Part shown: positions 11,979 through 22,879 of the stretch, in pieces
How the letters are laid out: every line of letters starts with the position of its first letter
Numbering within the stretch: the stretch's first letter is position 1
From: an uncultured Caulobacterales bacterium
GTDB lineage: Bacteria; Pseudomonadota; Alphaproteobacteria; Caulobacterales; Parvularculaceae
DNA: 64,000 nt
Direction of reading: 5' to 3'
Assembly (NCBI GenBank): GCA_964535605.1
Contig: CAZHUI010000008.1
Coordinates: 312-64,311, forward strand
The notes under the pieces: generated by a model
The model's database searches: none
What the model was told of the DNA's origin: nothing
Seen by the model: the letters and a program-made list of their open reading frames with translations, nothing else
Translations under genes and position numbers: made by a program

Positions 11979-13397
11979 CTACCGCGCCATGACCCTCCAG
12001 CCCCAGGGCTCGAGGGTCATCGGCGTTTCGGGATTGACCGTCACCTTGCCGCCGTTGAAATCGACATAGTCGCCTTGCGCCTGCGCCGTCGGAAACGTCA
12101 CGGTCTTCGCCTCGCCTGAAAGGTTCAGCACGACGAACACGCGGTCAGTGTCTTTCTCGCGCAAGAACGAAAAAATCTGCTGTGGCGAGGAATTGTCGAC
12201 AGCGACCATGCGCGCGCCCCACTTTCCGTTGTGAAGCGCCGGATGCGCCTTTTTATAGGCGATGAGGCGCTTGAGGAGGGCGCCGTTCGGATGCTGGCGC
12301 CAGGCGATGGGGTCCTTCTCGAAAAATTCGAGGCGCTTTTCGTTGCCCGCTTCGACGCCGTTATGGACGAGCGGGATTCCCTCGCCAATGAAGGACAACA
12401 CCATCGCGGCCGGCAAGGCGCCCTGAAATCGCTCGAACGACGTTCCCTCCCACGCGTTCTGGTCGTGGTTTTCGACATAGGTCATGCGCATCGCTTCCGG
12501 CGGGAACGCGCTCTCGTTCTCGGAAAAATAGCCGTATAGCGCGCCGGTATTCGCCTTGCCGACGGCGATGTCATGCATCGCATTGTTCCAGGCCCAGGCG
12601 TAGCTCGCGTCGAAGGCGGCGCGGTGAACGTCGCGGTGATTGAACTCGGCGAGCATGAAGACGGGCTTTACGGCGTCGAGCTCGGCGCGAAGATTTTCCC
12701 AGAAATCGAGCGGCACATAGCCGGCGACGTCGCAGCGAAAGCCGTCGACGCCGACGTCTTTCACCCAATAGACCATCGCCTTCGTCATATAATCGCGAAG
12801 GTCGCGGTTCGACCAGTCGAAGTCGATGATGTCGGACCAGTCCCACCACGGCGTCGGCTGGAAGTCGCCCTTCCAGTCCCGGATGTACCAGTCGGGATGC
12901 TCCGTAACGAGAGCATTGTCCCACGCGCTGTGATTGGCGACCCAGTCGAGAATGACCTTGAAGCCTTGCGCATGCGCGGCGTCGACGAAGGATTTCAGAT
13001 CGTCGAGCGTGCCGAATTCCGGATTGACGCCGAGATAGTCTTTCACGGCATAGGGGCTGCCGAGCGTGCCTTTTCGGTTTTTCTCGCCGATCGGGTGGAT
13101 CGGCATCAGCCAGAGAATGTCGACGCCGAGCGCCTTCAGCTTCGGCAATTCGCGTTCCGCCGCCGCAAAGGTTCCTTCCGGCGTGAACTGGCGTGTGTTG
13201 ATCTGATAGAGGACGGCGTCGCGCGTCCATTCGGGGTTCGTCAGCGTGACATAGGGCTTTGGCGCGTAGCGATCCGCTTCCGCAGGCGCGGCCGGCGCTG
13301 CTTTCGGCGCTTCCGGCGCGCCAACGGTCTGCGGCGTACAGCCGAGGATAGAAAGCATGGCGGCGCCGGCGAAGACGCAATTCAGCGAAGGTCGCAT
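11979..13397 (-). CDS. GH13 alpha-amylase-family glycosidase, probable lipoprotein
   Basis: Lipobox-like SILGC; DWVANH, GFRCDVAG, MLAE and ENHD catalytic regions. Confidence 0.92.
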   Translation of the reverse strand: MRPSLNCVFAGAAMLSILGCTPQTVGAPEAPKAAPAAPAEADRYAPKPYVTLTNPEWTRDAVLYQINTRQFTPEGTFAAAERELPKLKALGVDILWLMPIHPIGEKNRKGTLGSPYAVKDYLGVNPEFGTLDDLKSFVDAAHAQGFKVILDWVANHSAWDNALVTEHPDWYIRDWKGDFQPTPWWDWSDIIDFDWSNRDLRDYMTKAMVYWVKDVGVDGFRCDVAGYVPLDFWENLRAELDAVKPVFMLAEFNHRDVHRAAFDASYAWAWNNAMHDIAVGKANTGALYGYFSENESAFPPEAMRMTYVENHDQNAWEGTSFERFQGALPAAMVLSFIGEGIPLVHNGVEAGNEKRLEFFEKDPIAWRQHPNGALLKRLIAYKKAHPALHNGKWGARMVAVDNSSPQQIFSFLREKDTDRVFVVLNLSGEAKTVTFPTAQAQGDYVDFNGGKVTVNPETPMTLEPWGWRVMAR

Positions 13398-13406
13398 TCG
13401 AGGCTC

Positions 13407-13805
13407 CTAGGGCGCCGCCGCCGAACGGGAAGATCGCGTCCAGCCGACAATGAGAAAACAGAGGATGAGAAACGCGCTGTATTCCATGCCGTTGCGGCCG
13501 GCGCCGACGACGAACCAGCCGAACGGGGCATGAACCATGATAAGGCCCACCGCATAGATCGCGGCGAAAACCGTCGCGAGCGCGGGCCGCATCAGGCCAA
13601 GCGCCAGGACCGGCGCGGCAAGCAGCTCATAGGCTGTGACGCCAAGCGCGACCTGCGGGCCGAAGGGAACGCCCTTGGACAACAGCCATTCGCCGAAGGG
13701 CGCAACGCCGCCTTGCGTGGCGCGCCAGACGCCGTGGACGAAGACAAGCGCGCATAATGCGATGCGAAGGATGACGAGGCTGAATTCCGCCGTCAGAAAG
13801 CGCAT
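13407..13805 (-). CDS. DoxX-family membrane protein
   Basis: LRIAL..VFVHG, four hydrophobic segments, GWF...G.NGMEY. Start taken as ATG 13805. Confidence 0.8.
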   Translation of the reverse strand: MRFLTAEFSLVILRIALCALVFVHGVWRATQGGVAPFGEWLLSKGVPFGPQVALGVTAYELLAAPVLALGLMRPALATVFAAIYAVGLIMVHAPFGWFVVGAGRNGMEYSAFLILCFLIVGWTRSSRSAAAP

Positions 13806-13957
13806 GGATGGCCCCTTGTCCCGGACGCGCGACCGGATCACGATTGCCCGCCGCTGTCAAAAACTGCCCCGAAACGATCCGTCGAGCGCCGCGATTCCGC
13901 CGTGATCAAAGGCTTTATTGCGCGGCCAACCGCAGGAACGGACGCAAGCGCCCGCCA

Positions 13958-14806
13958 ATGATCGACCGCTTCGCTTTTCCGAAAGACGCGCGCTGGTTTC
14001 AGATCGGCGGACAGACGGCGATCCTTGCTACTGGTCTCCTCGCGCTCGACTTCCGGATCGAGCCGATTCAGATCGCCGCCGCCCTTGGCGCGGCGCTGAC
14101 GGCGCAGCTCCTTGGCGCAATGCTGGTCGCGAGCCGCTTTGACTGGAAGAGCGCCCTTATCACCGGTCTTTCGCTGTGCCTGCTCCTGCGCGCCAACGAA
14201 ATCTGGCCATTTGTTTTAGCCGCCCTCATCGGCGTCGGATCGAAATTCGCGCTTCGGCGCGGCGGGCGGCATGTTTTCAATCCCGCCAATATCGGCCTTG
14301 TGCTGATGATTGCGCTGTCGGGCGCGGCGTGGACTTCGACCGGCGAATGGGGCTCGAGCCCTTGGTTCGCCGCGCTGATCGCGGCGCTCGGCCTCCTCGT
14401 CTGCTGGCGCGCCTCCCGCCTTGACGCGGCGCTCGTGTACTTCGCTGTCTATGCGGCGCTCGTTCTTGGGCGCGCGCTCTATCTTGGCGATCCGATGTCG
14501 ATCCCGGTATTGCGGCTCAGCCACGGCGCGCTCATTCTCTTCGCCTTCTTCATGATCTCCGACCCAAAGACGACCCCGGAGGACCCGCGCGAGCGAGCAA
14601 TCTTCGTCGCGCTCGCCGCGCTCATCGCCTATGTGCTGCAATTCCACTTCTTCATCAGCGACGGCATCTTCTATGCGCCGTTCCTGCTGGCGCTCTTGCG
14701 CTATGCGGCGCTGAAGCCCGCGCAACGCGGCTATGAATGGGGCGCATCCCCTGCCCCATTCCGAATTTCGCTGAGACCAAGGCGCGCTGTTGCGCCGGCT
14801 GAATGA
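13958..14806 (+). CDS. RnfD/NqrB-like integral membrane protein (stand-alone)
   Basis: SKFALRRGGRHVFNPAN and FFMISDPKTTP motifs; very hydrophobic; start ATG 13958. Confidence 0.75.
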   Translation: MIDRFAFPKDARWFQIGGQTAILATGLLALDFRIEPIQIAAALGAALTAQLLGAMLVASRFDWKSALITGLSLCLLLRANEIWPFVLAALIGVGSKFALRRGGRHVFNPANIGLVLMIALSGAAWTSTGEWGSSPWFAALIAALGLLVCWRASRLDAALVYFAVYAALVLGRALYLGDPMSIPVLRLSHGALILFAFFMISDPKTTPEDPRERAIFVALAALIAYVLQFHFFISDGIFYAPFLLALLRYAALKPAQRGYEWGASPAPFRISLRPRRAVAPAE

Positions 14807-14826
14807 ATTCCAACCGGGAGAGACCC

Positions 14827-16224
14827 ATGAAACGAACCACCATCAAAAAGGCGCTTGTCGCCGCCGCATCCGCGATCGCCGCGACAGCCGCCGCCGGCGG
14901 CGCCGTCGCCTTTTGCGGCTTTTATGTCGCCAAGGCCGACACCAAGCTGTTCAACAAGGCGTCGAAAGTCGCGATCATGCGCGACGGCGAGCGCACCGTG
15001 ATGACGCTCGCCAATGACTTTCAAGGGGCGTTGACGGAATTCGCGATGGTCATCCCGGTGCCGGTGGTGCTGGAAGAAGGCCAGATCCATGTCACCGACA
15101 ACGCCATTCTCGATCATCTCGACGCCTATACCGCGCCGCGGCTCGTCGAGTATTTCGACGAGGACCCGTGCTACGATGATATTGTCGTGACCGCTTCGCG
15201 CCAGTTCGCCGAAGCGGCCGCGCCGCCCTCGGCGGACAAAAAGGCCGACGCGCTCGGCGTGACGGTCGAGGCCGAATATACGGTCGGCGAATATGACATC
15301 CAGATCCTGTCGGCGAAGGAATCGGGCGGCCTTGCCCAGTGGCTGAAACAGAACGGCTACAAACTGCCTGCCGGCGCGGAAGAGACGCTGCTGAGCTACA
15401 TCCGTCAGGGCACGAAATTCTTCGTCGCCAAGGTCAATCTTGAGGAGCAGGCGAAGACCGGCCTCAAATATCTTCGCCCCTTGCAGGTCGCGTTCGAGCA
15501 TCCGCGCTTCATGCTGCCGATCCGCCTCGGCACGGTGAACGCCGACGGAAAGCAGGAATTGTTCGTCTTCGCGCTGACGCGGACGGGGCGCGTCGAGACG
15601 ACGAACTATCGCACGGTCAAATTGCCGACCGGCATGGACGTCCCGGTCTATGTCAAGAACGAGTTCGGCGAATTCTATAAAGCGATGTTCGCCGAGCAGA
15701 CGAAGAAGGAAGCCGAACGCGCGGTGTTCCTCGAATATGCTTGGGACATGAACTGGTGCGACCCTTGCGCCGCCGATCCGTTGTCGAACGAGGAATTGTC
15801 GGAGCTGGGCGTTTACTGGCTCGACGGCGGCCGGGCCGAGCGATCGTCGCCGCCCCGCCGGATCGTTCCGCCGGGCGGCGGCGCCGCCGATGTCTTCGTG
15901 ACGCGCCTTCACGTCAGTTATGACGCGGCGCATTTCCCCGAAGATCTGATGTTCAAGGAAACCGGCGATCGCGAAAACTTTCAGGGACGCTACGTGATGC
16001 GCCATCCCTACAAGGGCGACGCCAAATGCGAGGCGGCCGAGGATTATCGCGCAAGCCTGCCGAAGCGTTTCGACGCCGAAGCGCAAACGCTCGCCAACCT
16101 TACGGGCTGGGATATCGATGACGTTCGCAAGAAGATGAAGGGCGCAGGCCAGGCCTATGAAGCGCCGGCCAAGGAAAAATGGTGGGAAAAAATCTGGGGC
16201 AAATCCGGCGAAAAGAAGGGATAA
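14827..16224 (+). CDS. DUF2330-family exported protein
   Basis: Signal peptide then FCGFYV; NDFQG..EFAMVIPVP, LDAYTAPRLVEY, PIRLG, FLEYAWD motifs; GGGAG RBS. Confidence 0.8.
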   Translation: MKRTTIKKALVAAASAIAATAAAGGAVAFCGFYVAKADTKLFNKASKVAIMRDGERTVMTLANDFQGALTEFAMVIPVPVVLEEGQIHVTDNAILDHLDAYTAPRLVEYFDEDPCYDDIVVTASRQFAEAAAPPSADKKADALGVTVEAEYTVGEYDIQILSAKESGGLAQWLKQNGYKLPAGAEETLLSYIRQGTKFFVAKVNLEEQAKTGLKYLRPLQVAFEHPRFMLPIRLGTVNADGKQELFVFALTRTGRVETTNYRTVKLPTGMDVPVYVKNEFGEFYKAMFAEQTKKEAERAVFLEYAWDMNWCDPCAADPLSNEELSELGVYWLDGGRAERSSPPRRIVPPGGGAADVFVTRLHVSYDAAHFPEDLMFKETGDRENFQGRYVMRHPYKGDAKCEAAEDYRASLPKRFDAEAQTLANLTGWDIDDVRKKMKGAGQAYEAPAKEKWWEKIWGKSGEKKG

Positions 16225-16253
16225 TTTTCTAATTTTCAGGGCTGTTTTACGCT

Positions 16254-16373
16254 GTCACTCCGGGGCGCGACGAAGTCGCGAACCCGGGGTCCATCTCCTG
16301 AACGATCAGCGCGAGAACTGGCGAATTGCGCGAGGTGGATCCCGGGTTCCGCCTTCGGCGGCCCCGGGATGAC
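16254..16373. repeat. Intergenic REP-like long inverted repeat (GTCA...TGAC family)
   Basis: GTCACTCCGGGGCGCGACGAAGTCGCGAACCCGGGGTCCA ... TGGATCCCGGGTTCCGCCTTCGGCGGCCCCGGGATGAC between convergent genes. Confidence 0.8.
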
Positions 16374-16378
16374 GATAA

Positions 16379-17230
16379 TCAACTGCTCAAAAGCGCCGCC
16401 TTGTGCCAGCGCAGATGGTCTTCGATGAAGGTCGCGATGAAGAAATAGGAGTGGTCGTAACCCTGCTGCATGCGGAGCGTCAGCGTCTGCCCGGCGAGGC
16501 GCGCCGCTTCCGCAAAGAGTTCGGGTCTTAGCTGCTCGGCGAGAAACTGGTCGCTCGTTCCCTGATCGATCAGCAGATGCGCCGCGCTGGGGCCGCGCGA
16601 GGCGAGAAGTCGCGTTGCGTCATAGTCCGCCCACCGATTTTCGCCGGCGCCGAGATAATGACCGAAGGCTTTTTGCCCCCAGGGAACCGATGACGGCGCG
16701 ACGATAGGGGCGAAGGCCGAGCACGATCTGAATTTATCGGGATGTTTCAGGTGAACGGTGAGCGCGCCGTGTCCGCCCATTGAATGCCCGAAGACGCCGA
16801 AGCGCGACGGATCGGCCGGAAAATGCGCGACGATGAGCGCCGGCAATTCTTCGGCGACGTAGGAATACATGCGATAGTTCGCCGACCACGGCGCCTCTGT
16901 CGCGTCGACGTAAAACCCGGCGCCCTTCCCGAAATCATAGGTCTTGGGGTCAAGGTCCGGCACGTGATCGCCGCGCGGGCTGGTGTCCGGCGCAACGATC
17001 ATCAGGCCAAGCTCGGCGCTCGTGCGCTGCGCCCCGGCCTTCACGGTGAAATTATCCTCGGTGCAGGTGAGGCCCGACAGCCAGAACAGCGTGGGCCATG
17101 GGCCCGGGCCATGGACTTCCGTCGGCGGCGTGAAGACGGAAAAGCGCATGTCGCAGCCAAGCGCCAGCGAAGCGTGCTTCCACACCGCCTGCTCGCCGCC
17201 GAAGGACTTCGAAGTCGAAACGCGCTCCAT
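16379..17230 (-). CDS. fghA: S-formylglutathione hydrolase
   Basis: WLSGLTCT, GHSMGGHG, GYDHSY motifs; directly downstream of the class III ADH. Confidence 0.97.
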   Translation of the reverse strand: MERVSTSKSFGGEQAVWKHASLALGCDMRFSVFTPPTEVHGPGPWPTLFWLSGLTCTEDNFTVKAGAQRTSAELGLMIVAPDTSPRGDHVPDLDPKTYDFGKGAGFYVDATEAPWSANYRMYSYVAEELPALIVAHFPADPSRFGVFGHSMGGHGALTVHLKHPDKFRSCSAFAPIVAPSSVPWGQKAFGHYLGAGENRWADYDATRLLASRGPSAAHLLIDQGTSDQFLAEQLRPELFAEAARLAGQTLTLRMQQGYDHSYFFIATFIEDHLRWHKAALLSS

Positions 17231-17235
17231 TGCCC

Positions 17236-18345
<1,110 letters not shown>

Positions 18346-18403
18346 GAAGGGTGCTCCCGGTAAAATTTGGGGGGACCCTAGACCATCGACGCGGGATTCG
18401 AAA

Positions 18404-19060
18404 TCAGGCGCGAAGCGGCCTTGTCAGAAACAGCGCGCGCTCCGCCTCGCGCCGGCGTTCCAGCGCCGCAAGAACCGTGCGTTCGCCGTTGATGTCCGCC
18501 GCGACGAGATGGCGGAACGCGTCCGCCGCCCCGGCGCGATCGCCGGCGTTCAGGCGCTTGAGCACTTGCGTATTCTGGAAAGCGCCGACGCCCATATTGT
18601 AGGCGAGCGAAACCAGCGCTGAAAATTCGTTTTCATTGAGCGGAACCTTGACGAGACGGCGCACGCCTTCTTCCGCGCGGCGAACGTCGGAATAGAGAAG
18701 GAGGTCCGCATGGTCCGCGGTGATCGTCATCTCTCTTTTCGCCGTGGCGGCGTGGCCGTAGCCGACCAGCCATTGTCCGGCGAGATAATAGGAGGAGAGC
18801 CGCAAACCCTCGCTCTCCCGGATGACATCGAGCCCGCACTCATTGATGACGAGCCAGGCGTTTTCCGGGATCAGGCTATCCGGCGCGGGCGGCAGCGGGG
18901 CGGCCAGCCGCTCGCGGCCGATCGACAAGAGGCCGGCGAACATAGGAGGGCGCTCGCCGTGTTCAACGCGCGGCGGATCAATCGCCGCGACGGCGGCGAT
19001 CAGGCCGGCGCCCGCTGCGGAAGCGAAAAGGATCAGGCGCGCTTTTGAGGGCCGGAACAT
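18404..19060 (-). CDS. GH24 (phage-type) lysozyme-family protein with N-terminal signal/anchor
   Basis: [45 protein letters not shown]; hydrophobic N-terminus. Confidence 0.85.
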   Translation of the reverse strand: MFRPSKARLILFASAAGAGLIAAVAAIDPPRVEHGERPPMFAGLLSIGRERLAAPLPPAPDSLIPENAWLVINECGLDVIRESEGLRLSSYYLAGQWLVGYGHAATAKREMTITADHADLLLYSDVRRAEEGVRRLVKVPLNENEFSALVSLAYNMGVGAFQNTQVLKRLNAGDRAGAADAFRHLVAADINGERTVLAALERRREAERALFLTRPLRA

Positions 19061-19162
19061 AGCCTTGCGTTAGCGTCTTGGTTCGCTCTGGAAAACACTA
19101 GTAAGCTCGATGATTGCGGGAAATTGATAACATTTTACTCCAATCGGCGACCGGAGCGGCGG

Positions 19163-20491
19163 CTATTCGCGCAGGAAAACCTGGCCGCCGGTTGGGCCGA
19201 GCCCATCGGGCACCGGCACGTCCGTCGCCGAATAATTCGCATTGAGCGTCAGTTGCGGCGACCCGCTCATCCGCAGGTACCGCGCGACAATCGCAGTATA
19301 AGCCGATGCGTCTGCGATCGGCATCAGCGAATTGACGTGCAGGCGCCCGTTCGGAAGGTAGATCGTGCCGAGCAGCGTGCGGGCGTTCGACGACAGGATT
19401 GAATAGGTCTCCGTGTCGCTCCGGCCGCGATCTTCCATGACGAGCATGCCGGCCATCACGCCGTCCTCCGGCGCCGTCAGATGCACGATCGATTCAGGCT
19501 TGAAATTGAAGACCGCGTCATCGCCGGTGAAATAAAGGCCCACCGACTTGCCGAACAGCCGCCCGCCGAGTTCGATCTCAAGCGGGCCGTCCTTGATCAC
19601 GTAGATGCCGGGTTCGAGATGCACGTCCGCGTCAGCGCGGATGCGCAGGCCGCCGCAATAGACGCCGGGCGCCAGATCGAAGCGGTCATAGCCGATCAGC
19701 GTTTCTTCAGTGGAGCCGTCGATCAGCGAAACGACGGTCGTCACGGTGTGGCCGACGAGACCGGTCAGCTGCCCCGCCGAGCCCAGAATGAGATTGTTGT
19801 GATCGCAAGCGCCAACTTCGGGCTCGACACGGTCCTTCAGCGGATCTTCGAACACCGGGCAGTCGGTCAGCGCCTGCGGCTCAAAATTGTAGGAGCCGCC
19901 ATGAGCGCCGCCCGCAGAACAAATCAGAGAGGCCCTCAATTTCGAGAAACTTGTCGCTTCGACGCCTCGGGATGAAGTCGAATTTGAGAGAATCGAACAT
20001 TTCGGCGCGATGAGCTTCGCGCTCGCTTCGGCCTTGACGGCGCCTTCGCCTTCATCTTCGAGGGCGATGACGCAGACATTCGAAGTGCCGCGCGCGACCG
20101 CCGTCGCGCTGACGGCTATCGGCGCCTGAAAAGCCGCCAGATTGTGAAGAAAGACGCCCTTGCGTGGCGCTTGCGTCATCGCGGCGGTCACAGATTTGTC
20201 TTCGGCGTCGGCATCGGCCGCCAGCGTGAAGGCGCCGAGACGTTCCTGGTACTGAGCGTCCGAAGTCGCGCGCACCAGCGCCTCGACCTGGTTCTCCGTG
20301 GCGTTCTCAAGCAGGAATTCGCGCGCGCCGCGCGTCGCCAGCGCGTCCGCCGCTTCCTGAAGGTCCGCGCGCTGGAGGCGCAAATTCTGGTAATCGATCG
20401 CGCCGCCCGCGAAGCCGAGCAACAGGGGCGCCGACAGCGCGAAGAACAGCGCGACATTTCCCTGATCGTCGAACTTCGCCACCGGCCGCAA
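19163..20491 (-). CDS. TadG/TadE-like pilus-associated protein
   Basis: QGNVALFFAL...GGAIDY Tad N-terminus; Cys-rich C-terminal domain (CVIAL, DCP...DPL, PGVYCGG, GTIYLPNG). Confidence 0.8.
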   Translation of the reverse strand: MRPVAKFDDQGNVALFFALSAPLLLGFAGGAIDYQNLRLQRADLQEAADALATRGAREFLLENATENQVEALVRATSDAQYQERLGAFTLAADADAEDKSVTAAMTQAPRKGVFLHNLAAFQAPIAVSATAVARGTSNVCVIALEDEGEGAVKAEASAKLIAPKCSILSNSTSSRGVEATSFSKLRASLICSAGGAHGGSYNFEPQALTDCPVFEDPLKDRVEPEVGACDHNNLILGSAGQLTGLVGHTVTTVVSLIDGSTEETLIGYDRFDLAPGVYCGGLRIRADADVHLEPGIYVIKDGPLEIELGGRLFGKSVGLYFTGDDAVFNFKPESIVHLTAPEDGVMAGMLVMEDRGRSDTETYSILSSNARTLLGTIYLPNGRLHVNSLMPIADASAYTAIVARYLRMSGSPQLTLNANYSATDVPVPDGLGPTGGQVFLRE

Positions 20492-20590
20492 TTCCCTTGC
20501 CCATCGACGACCAGATGACCTTAGCGTTTCAATCCGGTTTACGCTCTGGCCGGAAAGGTTAACGGACGCGTCACAAACGGTTGTCGCGGA

Positions 20591-21832
20591 TCACTCCCGC
20601 AGCACGACTTCGCCGCCGACCTGACCGAGGCCCGACGGAACCGGCACGGTCGTCAGTTCGTAATCCGCGTTCAGAACAAGATTGACATCGCCGCCCAGTT
20701 CGACCCGGCGCGCGACAATGAGCGTATATTCGGATTCTTCGGCGACAGCGCCGTCGGCGTCGGCCAGAAACCGGCCGTTTGGAAGATAGATCGTCCCGAC
20801 AAGGCGCCGCGCATTGGGGCTCTTAATTCTGAAAACGCGCGCGCCGCCGGTTTCACGATCCTCGAAGAAGAGCATTCCGGCGAGCGGCCCGTCCGTCGGG
20901 GCCGTGAGATCGACGCTCGCCTCGTCGTCAATCGTCATTTTGGCGCTGCCGCCCGTGAAATAAAATCCGACGCCCTCGCCCTCGATGCGGGCGTCACCTG
21001 AAATGCGCAGCTCGCCTTCGTCGATGATATAAACGCCCGACGAAAGGCGGACGCTGCTTCCCGCGCCGACCTTAAGTCCGCCGCAATAAACCCCCGGATG
21101 TAGCGTCGTCTCCGCCGGGGCAATGAAATCCTGATGATCGCAAGAGCCGACCTGCGGTCCTTCGCGCTCGGACAGCGGATCTTCCCGCGGCGGGCAATCC
21201 TCCAGCGGCCTCATCGAAAAATTCAGCTCCCCGCCTTCATAACCGCCTGACGTGCATATCAGCGCGGCTTCGATTTTCGAGGAGTCTACAGCTGCAAGAC
21301 CCCTGGTGCTGCCGGCATTCGAAAATACTCCGCACTCGGCGCCGGTGAGGCGCGCATTCTCTTGCAGATTAACCGTTCTTGATGCGTGGGTGTCAGTGCC
21401 GATGACGCAGACATTCATGCCGCCCTTCGCCTGCGCCATTGACGTGACGTTGATCGGGATCGGATTTTCGATCAGGCTCAGTACGAAAGTCGGCCGGTAG
21501 TCGAAGGAAATCTGCGCGACCACAGAGGCCTGTTCCGGGTCCGCCTCCGCCTCTATGCGGGCCTCGCCGAGCAGGTTCCGGTCAGCGAGCTTGCTTTGGA
21601 GCGTCGCCTTGGCGACCGAGACCGGCGTCGATTGATCGTTCGCCGCCAGAAGGAACTGACGCGCGCCGACAAGCGCGGCGGAGTCGGCGATTTCCTGCAA
21701 CTCGGCGCGGAACGCCGACATCCTCGCGAAATCAACGCCTACACCAACCCCCGCCAGGAGCGCTGGCGCAAGCAGCGAAAACGCTACGGCGACGTTCCCG
21801 CCCCTCGCACCGATCAGCCCGCGCCGAATCAT
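20591..21832 (-). CDS. TadG/TadE-like pilus-associated protein (paralog)
   Basis: GGNVAVAFSL...GVGVDF N-terminus and the same Cys-rich motifs as 19163..20491. Confidence 0.8.
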   Translation of the reverse strand: MIRRGLIGARGGNVAVAFSLLAPALLAGVGVGVDFARMSAFRAELQEIADSAALVGARQFLLAANDQSTPVSVAKATLQSKLADRNLLGEARIEAEADPEQASVVAQISFDYRPTFVLSLIENPIPINVTSMAQAKGGMNVCVIGTDTHASRTVNLQENARLTGAECGVFSNAGSTRGLAAVDSSKIEAALICTSGGYEGGELNFSMRPLEDCPPREDPLSEREGPQVGSCDHQDFIAPAETTLHPGVYCGGLKVGAGSSVRLSSGVYIIDEGELRISGDARIEGEGVGFYFTGGSAKMTIDDEASVDLTAPTDGPLAGMLFFEDRETGGARVFRIKSPNARRLVGTIYLPNGRFLADADGAVAEESEYTLIVARRVELGGDVNLVLNADYELTTVPVPSGLGQVGGEVVLRE

Positions 21833-22027
21833 TGGTGAACCACAGTTCCAACGCCGCCAGTTTTCCCGTGCATCTATTAAAAATTTAGGTGTATTAACGC
21901 TGGGTGGCGCTGCGGCTGGCTTGCAACCCGCTCGCGTATGAGCAATGTATGCGCTTTTTCGCGGCGGTTGAAATCGGACGGCGCCGCTGCGACATAGAAG
22001 CGGTCCAACAGGTTAGCCCCGCACCCA

Positions 22028-22876
22028 ATGCAATACACCTCCGCCCTCGCTGACGACGCGGTCAAGACCGGGGATATCCGGCTGCACGGGCCCGAGGGCT
22101 TCGACGGCATGCGCATGGCTGGCCGGCTCGCCGCCGAATGCCTCGACATGATCGCGGACCACGTCCGCCCCGGCGTTACGACCGGCCAACTCGACACCCT
22201 CATCCGGGCGTTCGTATTCGACCATGGCGCGATCTCGGCGACCATCGGCTATCGCGGATACCGCCATGCGAGCTGCATTTCGCTGAACCATGTCATCTGT
22301 CACGGCATTCCGTCCGACAGGCGGATCGCGGACGGCGACATCATGAATATCGACGTCACCGTCATCGTCGACGGATGGCACGGCGACACCAGCCGCATGT
22401 ATTACGCGGGCGAACCCAAAGTGAAAGCGCGCCGGCTCGTCGATACGACCTATGAAGCGCTGATGGCGGGTCTTTCGGAGATCAGGCCCGGCAAGTCCCT
22501 GCGCGACGTCGGGCGCGCCATCCAGACGCATGCGGAGAAACAAGGCTTTTCGGTGGTGCGCGATTTTTGCGGCCACGGGCTTGGGCGCGTGTTTCACGAC
22601 GCCCCGAATGTCGTTCATTACGCGGAATATCGCGACCGCTTCGGCGTTCACCACGCGCCCGACATCGAGCTGCGGCCAGGCATGTTCTTCACCGTCGAGC
22701 CGATGATCAACGAAGGAAAGCCCGACGTGAAGCTGCTGAAGGACGGTTGGACCGCCGTGACCCGCGACAAGTCGCTCTCCGCGCAATTCGAACATTCCGT
22801 CGGCGTCACCGATACCGGCGTTGAGATTTTCACGAAGTCGCCGGCGGGACGCGACCGGCCGCCTTATAGCGGCTGA
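22028..22876 (+). CDS. map: Methionine aminopeptidase type I
   Basis: ICHGIP, NIDVT, DTSRM, CGHG.G..FH, FTVEPM, AQFEHS motifs. Confidence 0.97.
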   Translation: MQYTSALADDAVKTGDIRLHGPEGFDGMRMAGRLAAECLDMIADHVRPGVTTGQLDTLIRAFVFDHGAISATIGYRGYRHASCISLNHVICHGIPSDRRIADGDIMNIDVTVIVDGWHGDTSRMYYAGEPKVKARRLVDTTYEALMAGLSEIRPGKSLRDVGRAIQTHAEKQGFSVVRDFCGHGLGRVFHDAPNVVHYAEYRDRFGVHHAPDIELRPGMFFTVEPMINEGKPDVKLLKDGWTAVTRDKSLSAQFEHSVGVTDTGVEIFTKSPAGRDRPPYSG

Positions 22877-22879
22877 TCG

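Noticed and set aside
18404-19060. Prophage suggested by a phage-type lysozyme
   Set aside because: No holin, spanin, structural or integrase genes nearby; codon usage is host-like.
22600-22680. Short His-containing insertion in MetAP (AEYRDRFGVHHAPD)
   Set aside because: It falls in a variable surface loop and all metal ligands are intact.
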